This document shows, piece after piece, positions 10,970 to 20,000 of a DNA stretch of 20,000 bases. The notes under the pieces are model-generated. The model ran no database searches, was not told the DNA's origin, and worked only from the letters and a program-made list of their open reading frames with translations. Position 1 is the first letter of the stretch. Each line of letters opens with the position of its first letter. The translations under genes and the position numbers were made by a program. The stretch covers positions 243,260 to 263,259 of the forward strand of contig NW_014577076.1 in NCBI RefSeq assembly GCF_000485595.1. Reading direction: 5' to 3'. This DNA is from Priapulus caudatus (Eukaryota).

Positions 10970-12324
10970 CTTTTTGCGTGCACAAAGCATCGATTTATGT
11001 GCGCGATTATTAGGAATTATATTATAGCAGTCTTAAATTACTGCATCGCTGTCGAGTGACCCCATAGGACGAGCAAGCCTTTGATTGCAAATTCAATGTC
11101 GAGATCAGCGCCTAACATCAGCCTCACTTACATTCATGCGACCGAGTTCATGGCGTATCGCCGGCCATGTCGTTTCGGATATTGAAACGTGGGCGGCATT
11201 TTAATAGGGATGCCGGTACGATCGCACTTCCCATGTAGGTTGATCAAGTACACTAAAACTTACCCCTCAGTTTGGCCTAATGGAGCTTTTGCCGTTATTA
11301 CCTGAGTACACATGACGAAGATGGTTCGTTTTTATCATGCCCCGGTGAGAATCAGCCTTAGACCTGCGACGACCTGCCGTCCGGTCTCCAGGAGGAGAGA
11401 TGTCAGGCTAGCTGGCATAAATTGCGCTGTGAGAATATAATAATGATAAACCAGCAATGTTCTTCCGGTTATTGCCTATTCTACGGAATGGCGCGTCACA
11501 CTACCGGCCACAGGACCACAAAACAAACACACGTGGACTACAGAAATAGTATACTCCTGGACTCCTCTGGAGTATTTCATTAAGGAACGGTGGACTCGCT
11601 GACTATCCTATATATATACTAATTAGTGATAAATTACATAGTCATTAGGCTAATATTTATATGATGCGGATTATGATTCAGTTGAGTACGCGCATTTTTT
11701 ACTTTCTATCTTGTTGCCTTAGGCCTTACTGCTATATATGTGACAAAAATCATCTTACGTCCGGGCGCGACACTCGGGATAGGAGCGGTATCGGACATGC
11801 TGTGTCCGTGTTGCCCTCGGCGTCGTGTCTAGGCCAAATGCTATTCACGGCTTCAATCTGGTGGCCCGATGAACGATGGTCCGGTTGTGAATGTATCGCG
11901 AGACAGAACCCTATGGTTACAAAGAAACGACGCTATTGGAGTAGAAGTTGTGGTACCACATTAATCTTTGGATTTGGGGAGTATCTATATATACGTTTGG
12001 CGAACAGTCGATTGTTGACGCCCGCTCCACACCTTAAAACCGGCCTGTTCGCGACCACGGTGTACCTCTCTTTAATAGAAGAGGGGGGGTTCTTCCCCGT
12101 CACGGCTTCTTTTCTCGGGTAAGCTGCTAAATCTGATTATTTCGCGCGCACCCGCTGGGTGGAATAGATAGCTCAGACGGGAAACTGCGAAGATGACATA
12201 TTATTTTACGTTGGAGCGCACTGGAGATGTGGACCGCTTCTCTCGCCGACGCGCTATGCGGTCCTAAGCCTCTAGTGCTCGATAGCTTATAGTCGATATT
12301 ATAGTTTAAGATAGGCTGCATAAC

Positions 12325-12702
12325 CAGCTCCTGGTTGTCTGCTCGCCATCATATTGTACAAATACGAGCACTACGCATATTACGCTCACCTCATGACACT
12401 TATTCGTTCCTATGACCAAATATGTGTGTTGCTACGTGTGTTTTGTCGCGCATGCATATTCGGACGTTTTTCACGCGCGGAGGCTTCAGTTCGATGACGC
12501 GTGCACCAGTCGGGGCAATTTTCCCATCTCCGGTGAGCCCTGTAAAGCCCCCGGATGACGAGATTGTCACTCGCCTCAATACTTTGTCATCAAGTCAACC
12601 GAATCTTCCCTGCACCACATAGTGTCTGTCCATAGCGGAGCCGCGTAATTGCCGTAGTGTACGCGCTTGTGTCGTAGATTGCTTACGACACGAACATGTC
12701 TG
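12325..12702. mobile_element. Second, indel-riddled copy of the 7526-7803 MITE within the duplicated segment
   Basis: Collinear noisy match (e.g. aatacgagcactacgcatattacgctcacc; gtcgtagattgct...gaacatgtctg); boundaries approximate. Confidence 0.7.
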
Positions 12703-14409
12703 CGGCGCGCTTACCTAAGCCAGCAGACAGATCGACACGGCTGTCGTACGGCGTCCTCGTTTTACGTGGCGCATGAACAGCGTTGAAGATCTATTTATAT
12801 TAGGCATAAAGGCTGCCATCGTCGCCGCTCCGATAGCTATACATTCCGTTTCGCAATCTACTTAAGTATTAATTCCTTTGTGTAAATCCTCGGGCAGCAC
12901 CTGGCTAGTAAGATTGTGAACCCAAGTTGGCCTTCTTATACTTGTGAAGTAAATTAAGACCCGGTCACCCCGCCTACCCTTACCACCCAAGTCTGGTTAA
13001 TCGCGTCGCTTTAGACCGCAGTACTGCTTCTCGCGACTACGGCATCTCACCACAACATGCATACGCACGTACCTTACGCTCGTGTCTGTGTGGCGCGTGC
13101 ACTCCGCGCACAGCATAGACCACGCGACGATAGCGCACCTTATGCCACGCGACGACACCCACATCACACAACGCTCCCTCAAAATACTTCACTCGCCACG
13201 CGTGCTCGACCGATATGGCAGCACGCGGACCACCATTCAACGGTAAAGTTTGTCATCAATGGTTTAAGAAACGGTAAAACGCGCGAACACATGATACGTG
13301 ACGATTCCATTTGCATACCGGTAATGGCCGAGATATTTTCGCATTAGACTGGTAGCGGCCTATTGGCAGTTCGCACACATTACACTGTACGAGTCGTATT
13401 TATAACGGACTGTACTTATTACTTGCCACAGCTCGACAGCCAAAATACAAGTGTTCCCAATACTTCGCTCCCGTCTCCGTTCACTGGCGCTCTACTAACA
13501 CAGGCACGGCCTTATCTCACTCCCTGCCAGCGGCATCATTTATTGCATAGAGTGAATCAGTACCGTCAATTACGGTTACAGGGCGTTCTGTCACCATAGC
13601 ATTCGTTCTCCTCCAGGCGCTGCCTCCAACGTCACGCCAATTCGTGGGAACTAGCCGACGGGTGTGCACGTTATGGTGCCTAAGCGTGCCTGTAATAAGT
13701 AATCCTGTCTAACAAGTCCGGAATAGCCGAATGTTATATACAAACGGGCCTGTTAATAGGGTTATAGATATAAGAGTGATATGTGTTTGAAATGATATAT
13801 ACGCCTCAAGGGACATTATCTGATTGGAATCGGTAATGTATAAGTACTAACATCAATCTTACTAGTCGTTAGTTGGAGCAATCATTATGGTCGGGGATTC
13901 AATAAGAACCTCGTTAAAAGAAGCAATTCACAATTTTAACGTGACAAAGGGGGTCATCATCTCCTATATATGTCGCACTTACCTATATGATGCGCAAGCT
14001 TTTTATCTGGCGTTGGCGACGACCACGGGAGTCAACGCCAGGTACACCCTTCTTGTGCCAAGAGCGGAATGTGGCAAGCAGTAACTTGGCGCCGCGAGCG
14101 TGTGGTGCCTTATTAGCGGCCTCTCGGTAACACACTAGTGTATGTGGTAGCCGCCCGGATTATTCGGGCCCGCCCGTCGCGGATCTCAATCAGGCTATGC
14201 GGTCTATCTTTTGCGTTCCCTCGCTCGCCGGCGCAGATTCTGCCGGTCTGCGTTCGTCATGATCTCGAACGCGTGGTCGAAGGACAGGACATTGTAGGGG
14301 CTGTTGGACGCGCGGGGATCAGATACATACACGTGTAATCTGGAATGGCCGGCTTCTGTACGATTAGCATGTGCCTATTCACAACGCATCAACTACGACA
14401 GCACCTGCT

Positions 14410-14470
14410 CACACACACACACACACGACACACGATCACAGTCACACACATCACACACACCACACACGCA
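14410..14470 (+). repeat. Imperfect (CA)n microsatellite
   Basis: Direct observation. Confidence 0.85.
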
Positions 14471-15560
14471 GCGAGCTCGCACACGTACGTCTACGATTGG
14501 CCCCTACGCGCTGGACGGCCGGGCGAACGGTCCACACGCAATTTTCGTGTTTACGCACACACTATCACTACTGGGCTCAATAGCTTGAAAGTCTACAGAA
14601 GTCCCTATTGGCCTTATTGACTGACATGAGTCTATTAGAGCACTGTTCTCCTGGGATTACTGAATAATCATGTTCGGTCGTAGTTGCGCGGTTGAACCTA
14701 AAGATATACTGTTCAAGACGCCTTGTACGACGTACGCGATAGCAGCGTGGATATCATCGGCAGTCGGTAGCTGCTAATACTAGCGGGCCAATTACGATTT
14801 TACTCATCCCTCGCGGTTGCTGACTTGTGCGCGCGCACTCTCACTATTTGGTTCACCTATACATGACGTGGCTGTTAATCAGACGGAATGTTCATCGATC
14901 TGGTTATCATTCCAATTTCCTCGATTATTTCTTGCCGGTTGGGTATTCTCCGGGAAAATTCTCGTCGGACTATGATATTTATCCCAAATAGTAAACCTCA
15001 ATTTGCTACCACAAAGAGAAAAACACGAGAGAGCATGAAAGCAGAAGCAGAGGAGGCGGAGGAGAAAGGGCGTGTAAGCGAGATCCTCGATAGAAGAACT
15101 GGTTCGGTAAAATATATTAGGAAAGGCCGTCTCGCGAGAGCATACCGAGTTATGGGATGTGCATAAGAGAGGGAGCGGTGCCATTACGCAGAAGTGCAGA
15201 GGGATGAGCCGCCCTGGGCGGGTGAAAGCATATGAGACACGAAGGAAGACGATGGGGAGGTAGTTGGGATCGAGAGTACATGGGATTGGACAATCGTTAC
15301 TTGTATGGAAGCCTAAGGTATGTAACCCGGAGGAGAACTATGAGGTAGAGAAAAGCGGGGGAAAAGTTGGAGGAATAGGGATCTGGTAAAGTGCGTAGGA
15401 AAGGAGAAGCGTGGAGGAAGAGAAGGTACATTAAGCGGAGGGAAGGGATGGGGAAAAGAAGGCGGAAGGGACGGAAAAAACAGTATACCGAGGTTTATTA
15501 TTTGTTACCAATTTTCGATGTGACTAACTTTCTGAAGACTAATTTTCGTACCAATTTCTA

Positions 15561-15618
15561 CTCTCTCTCTCTCTCTCTCTGCTCTCTCTCTCTCTCTCTC
15601 TTCTCGTCTCTCTCTCTC

Positions 15619-15706
<88 letters not shown>

Positions 15707-15870
15707 GCTCTTCTTCCCACTCTCTCTCTCTCTCTTTCCTCTAGCCTCTTCTCTCTGCTCTCTCTCTCCTGCTCTCTCTCCTCTCTCTCTCGCTCCTCGT
15801 CTTCTCTCCTCTTCTCTTTCTCTCTCTCTCTCTCACGCACACATACACTCTCTTTCTCATCCTATTTCTC
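15561..15870 (+). repeat. Imperfect (CT)n microsatellite
   Basis: Direct observation; explains ORFs 15391..15744 and 15505..15840. Confidence 0.96.
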
Positions 15871-16087
15871 TCGCACACACATGGGAATGCCATTTCAACT
15901 TCTACATATTAGCCTATAAGAAACGAAATTTCGGTGTTTCACCGAGTGATATACAGTACCAAGTTGGCAAGCTGGGCAACCAATAAATGAGAAAGAAACT
16001 CAATATAGTAAGATGACAGTAACATATTAGGCCTGCTAGCTGCCAAAACAAGATTCACTTGACAATATATAATCAGTATTTTCCGCC

Positions 16088-16147
16088 CATATCATATCAT
16101 ATCATATCATATCATATCATATCATATCATATCATATCATATCATAT
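16088..16147 (+). repeat. (CATAT)12 perfect pentanucleotide repeat
   Basis: Direct count. Confidence 0.97.
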
Positions 16148-17180
16148 AAATACTTTTAATGGAAACGGATTTTCACCTAGTTGGCAATAATGGTTTTATC
16201 AATAAATACTCAAGTACTTTAATGAAGAAACCCTGGTCATGTCTTGGTAATTGTCAAACTGTGATCTAATATTGACATTAGCCAATAGTACACACATACT
16301 GCATGCAAATGCTCGTGAAATATAGATGGAATGTTTAAATATGAAATCGTAAATATACTCAATGCAATACCAAATAAAATTCATAGGCATTTTATAAAAA
16401 AATGAATGCAATCACAAACAGTGAAAATAAAACGCAGAAATGTTTAAAGCAGCTTATTGTATAATAGTAATACTGACATCGACATCCGATTTGTTTAGCC
16501 ACTTAGACCTTCAAACACATTATGCAATACTTGCTGTGTATCAATCAGTATGTTTCAATATAGTATAACTTTACATAGCTAGAATCATATAACCTGATGA
16601 TGAAAGATGGGACCACTCTTCAACAAAGCTGTTGCTGCCTGCATTTAGTGAGCAGGGATTAATGAAGAAGAGAATTAATGGAGAAGCAGAGAAAACACCA
16701 TGGCAAGTAATACAATACACACACCTATAGAATACTCTGTTATATAGATACGTTCACAGTCACCTCCAAATAATTCATATTCCATGGGATTGTTACACAG
16801 GTATAGTAGATATTTAATACATGCTCAGCTGCGAAAATCTGTTTACCTGTTTAATTTCGTTTACCTGTTGAGTGAAACACACATGTGCCACGTCTGCTAA
16901 ACGAATGTGTTTGCCATTACCACCTTTTCCATAACCTCTACCAAAATACAATACGGGAATGCACACTTTTACCCTGATATACCCTTTAATCCCCTTAATG
17001 ATTTTTTTCCAATCAAGCTCGTTGCTTCTTTCTCTAGAAAATCTGGACACCAATATGTGTTGTAATACCACTTTACTTCACTTACATATAATCTCATCAT
17101 AGTTACCATGAATACCAGCAAGCGTTCATGCTGCCGTCATTTTGAAAATAGACACATGCCGTAGCAATACTTATGACCAA

Positions 17181-17361
17181 TCACAGTAAGGGATCGACGA
17201 TCTCTACGGATAAGTCATCTGTTGACTGCGGCAGCTGCGTCGTCTGCTGTGTCACGCTCTGCAATGCATCCACCTGCTGCAGGACATTGTCTATGAATGG
17301 TCGCTCCGTGGGATTCACCCTCATCAGATCCTGGATAAGGTCAAGAAGACCTTGGGAGTAC
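17181..17361 (-). CDS. STK16: STK16 terminal coding exon (subdomain XI, NPTERP, and C-terminal tail)
   Basis: Acceptor ttcttttag|G TAC; 181 nt ending in TGA at 17183-17181. Confidence 0.92.
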
Positions 17362-19414
17362 CTAAAAGAAGGAAGCCACTTGGATTAACCTACCAATGCC
17401 TCAGGTACTATATTTCATTCGACCTCCTTAGCTCAGCATGGAGACGGTTAACCTCGTCTATCTATGTTTTCCAGGCTATGCCGTTATCAGTTGCATGGCT
17501 ATAGGCAGGTGTGTCAACTACTCACTAGATCTACTACAACTGTCCACTACATTACGTAGGCCTAATGGCAATGAAAGCTCGGATTTTAAAATAAATGTTA
17601 TTATCAGAATGAAGCATATCAGATAGGAGATGAGCTGTACAATGTTGAACTTACGGGTGGTCTTCAGGGAATGAGATTTTCCCTGCAACAACAGCTAGTG
17701 CTATACTTCCCCCTTTCTCATATACTTCCTCGTATGGTGACTTGAAGAATGCCATTGCATATAGAAGACAACCTAAAGACTGTAACAGATGGGCACATTA
17801 AATGCTAATTTCATTATGACTTAATCTAGCAAAAATCTTTGAAACCAAATTTTGAGCTTTGCTTGATAAATTAATGAACATCGATTTTTCACAGATTTGT
17901 GGTGGGATAATAAACTGGTAATCAATCAAATTTTTAATGCGAGTGTTGCAATTATGAATATGTACCTTATTTATTCCTGACAATAGATTTAATATTTGTG
18001 CGTATATATTGCTGCGAGAAAGCGACTATAATAAAAGTCAAATCTATTTCTCTAGAGATTATTCTTGCTACAATTACACTGACTAGATACACTTGCTCAC
18101 CCAGACATCTATTCGTTCATCAATTATTGTCTGTTTCTCCACATGGAAGAGCTCTGGAGCCCTGTAGGGCATGGAACATCTCTCGGCTGCCTCATCCTAC
18201 AGAAAGAATCGATCAATAACATTGCAAAAGGCCTGGGTATCACCAGCACCTATACTATGTATTATATACACGCACAGTCATATGTCTACAGACATATAAT
18301 ATCAGTTGACTGCTTCACTGAAACATCAGTAGTTGGTGGAAAGCTAATCTTAATCAGTAAGTAATACATTAATACTTATACATTAGTGTGTCGCTTTTGT
18401 GTTTACGACTCACGGACCAGGGTATTAAACGGTCATGTCGTCCATAACAATGATATAAGCCCATTAAAATCTAAACCAAGGTGTGACATGGAACGTTTAT
18501 ACTTCCTATATAAACTTGTAACATATATATATGAATTGTAGCATACCTGTAGTTGAAGTGCATCAGATGCGGTTTTAACTTCTACTTGTAAAGGGCCAGC
18601 TGAGCCCAAGTCCATCAGTATAGGAATGTCATCGTCGGAAAGCAAAACGTTGGCCGCCTTGATGTCTCTAAGAGAGAATGTGAACAGAAGCTTTGTTAGA
18701 ACAAATATAATGTATAGCTCTATTTATTATGAGTCCACATTTATACTACAGAATTTTTATCCAACAACTTCCATTTTGGCCATGTAAAATTAAAAATAGT
18801 ACTTTTAGCCACCCTAAAACATTATATAATAAACAAAACACATGAAATGATCTATACCATGGTTCTTCCCAGGCCTTGAACACATGTCAGGTACACATGC
18901 CTTCAAAGCTAAAGCTAGTTTGCAACATCTGATAAATCCTCAGACACACCTTAATTGCATGATCAGTATGTCTTAATTTCTAGCTGTGTATACGTTTGAC
19001 AATCCCAACACAGTCAACGTGGTTTCACATCTTAATTTTTACACATGTTCCTGAACTGATCGAGTTTACCTGTGTATTGGGGTCACTCGCTAATTAGCAA
19101 TCAGCTATTAATTGCCCGATTTCCCAACATGTGTTATGACACTCCTGGGTAGAACCCTGTACACAATGTTTAACTTTTCGTATGGATACGTAGTCAAGGT
19201 AGGCTGTTGCACCAAAACTATCTCTTAGTTGAGTTTGGAAGCAAACCGTTGATGCTCAATTCTATTCTCACCTGTGTGTGAAACCAGCAGGCCTGTGATG
19301 GTGCATGGCCTTTACAGCTTCACATATGCCACGCAGAAGTCGTAGAATTCGGTCCTCTCCCATGTAGTCTCGCGATTTGCCTCGCATCAATAATTCGTCG
19401 GCTAGCGTTCCTCT
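17181..19414 (-). CDS. STK16: Serine/threonine-protein kinase 16 (MPSK1, NAK family), 5'-partial; join of 5 exons: 19414-19272, 18667-18547, 18196-18101, 17779-17655, 17361-17181
   Basis: Manual splicing at GT-AG sites gives one open frame: RGTLADELLMRGKSRDYMGEDRILRLLRGICEAVKAMHHHRPAGFTHRDIKAANVLLSDDDIPILMDLGSAGPLQVEVKTASDALQLQDEAAERCSMPYRAPELFHVEKQTIIDERIDVWSLGCLLYAMAFFKSPYEEVYEKGGSIALAVVAGKISFPEDHPYSQGLLDLIQDLMRVNPTERPFIDNVLQQVDALQSVTQQTTQLPQSTDDLSVEIVDPLL*. HRD, LMDLGS (DLG instead of DFG), AAERC..PYRAPELF, IDERxDVWSLGC and GSIALAV match STK16 as I recall it. Confidence 0.95.
17655..17779 (-). CDS. STK16: STK16 coding exon (SLGCLLYAM...GSIALAV)
   Basis: Acceptor gttacag|TCT, donor CC|gtaagt; 125 nt, phase 0 to 2. 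Confidence 0.94.
18101..18196 (-). CDS. STK16: STK16 coding exon (activation segment, YRAPELF, DVW)
   Basis: Acceptor tttctgtag|GAT, donor TGG|gtgagc; 96 nt, phase 0/0. Confidence 0.95.
18547..18667 (-). CDS. STK16: STK16 coding exon (catalytic loop DIKAAN, DLG motif)
   Basis: Acceptor ctctcttag|A GAC, donor CAG|gtatgc; 121 nt; overlaps ORF 18433..18645. Confidence 0.95.
19272..19414 (-). CDS. STK16: STK16 coding exon (RGTL...GFTH-R; kinase subdomains V-VIa)
   Basis: Acceptor ttcgcag|AGA, donor CACAG|gtgaga; 143 nt, phase 0 to 2. Confidence 0.93.
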
Positions 19415-19475
19415 CTGCGAATACATTTTGTTTATATTAGAAAAGAAGACGAACTAGGAGAATTACTTGTCTCAG

Positions 19476-20000
19476 CAAGGCTCGACACTAGCGGTGGCCC
19501 GGTGGCCCGGGGCCACCAAAACTTCATGTCGGGCCACCAAAATTTCCAAAAGTTAAAATTTGGTGGCCCGATCGGGCCACTAAAATTTCAAAGTGTCTAT
19601 GTGATAAAAATAATTGTTTCTTACGTGCTAATCTCATTCAAAAGAGAGCGAGCAATTCGCGGAGCGAGGGCACACGTACGCACGTGCAGCATTCTACCAC
19701 GGGCATACACGGGCGCACCATTTATCGATCGTCTACTGCGGCTGCAACAAGCCACGTTATTGTGTTAGACTGGTATCCGGCCTCACGCTCTGCTAGACAA
19801 TGTACACGCTCTGCGACGAACAGTGCGGCCGCGAACCAGTCTAGCCAGAGGTCAAAATCTGAGCGGGCGCAGGCCATAGCATATTTGCAAGCGCCAGCAT
19901 ACATGTGATTACATTGTATCAAGCGAACCAGACAATACGCCTGTCTGCAGTGTACTGTGGAGGCGTATGTAAAATGAACGCAAGCGATGAGAGTTTCGAA
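19476..20000. mobile_element. One end of a hAT-like non-autonomous DNA transposon in an STK16 intron
   Basis: Starts CAAGGCTCGAC (resembles CAGGGCT-type hAT termini), followed by clustered GGTGGCCC/GGGCCAC subterminal repeats in both orientations (19493-19580) and a shift to GC/CpG-rich sequence. The other end is not in the window. Confidence 0.5.

Larger units (their letters stand above)
8936..14340 (+). repeat. ~5-kb direct duplication, copy B (25-N gap; distal part looks like uncorrected long read)
   Basis: Collinear with copy A; from 10970 on it carries dense 1-3 bp insertions that inflate its length. Confidence 0.92.

Noticed and set aside
11661..12122. Longest ORF in the track (153 aa)
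   Set aside because: It lies in the noisy copy; the clean counterpart (~7030-7370) has no equivalent frame, and there is no recognisable domain.
4000..14340. Tandem unit as an snRNA, 5S, SL-RNA or histone repeat, or a Helitron
   Set aside because: I recognised no U1/U2/U4/U5/U6/5S signatures or histone frames, and no TC..CTRR ends with a 3' hairpin at the junction.
15391..15840. RE-rich and SL-rich ORFs (also 2464..2664, 3481..3771, 14304..14620)
   Set aside because: These are translations of (CT)n, (AG)n, (CA)n or (TA)n microsatellites.
15000..15870. Purine-rich block followed by a pyrimidine-rich block (foldback or triplex?)
   Set aside because: The purine block is in low-quality sequence and I could not establish a real inverted alignment.
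16814..17071. 85-aa minus ORF with Gly-rich GRGYGKGGNGK
   Set aside because: It sits just downstream of the STK16 stop (likely 3' UTR), lacks a proper GxxxxGK[ST] P-loop, and its start is not ATG.
17173..17388. Plus-strand Cys-rich ORF (also 17998..18219, 18143..18364)
   Set aside because: These are antisense shadows of STK16 exons.
17420..17520. TAGCTCAG A-box-like motif and small hairpins in an STK16 intron (tRNA, SINE or snoRNA?)
   Set aside because: No B-box or cloverleaf, and no convincing C/D or H/ACA box arrangement.

Overview
Eukaryotic (probably invertebrate; CpG is not depleted) genomic DNA from a hybrid assembly. It has two N gaps and long stretches that look like unpolished long-read sequence. 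The only confident gene is the 3' two-thirds of a minus-strand STK16/MPSK1 (NAK-family Ser/Thr kinase): five GT-AG coding exons at 19414-17181 with consistent phases, and the 5' exons lie beyond the window. The rest is non-coding. It contains a triple-nested set of insertions (PIF/Harbinger-type MITE > solo LTR > 53-bp palindrome) and several CA..TG-ended palindromic elements of 46-278 bp, three of them with perfect 7-bp target-site duplications. There is also a hairpin-ended repeat, an intronic hAT-like element end, many microsatellites, and a ~5-kb head-to-tail duplication (about 4000-8935 and 8935-14340) that may be real or partly an assembly artefact. Apart from 18433..18645, which overlaps an STK16 exon, the ORF-track ORFs look spurious. 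I found no prokaryote-type system and no recognisable RNA gene.
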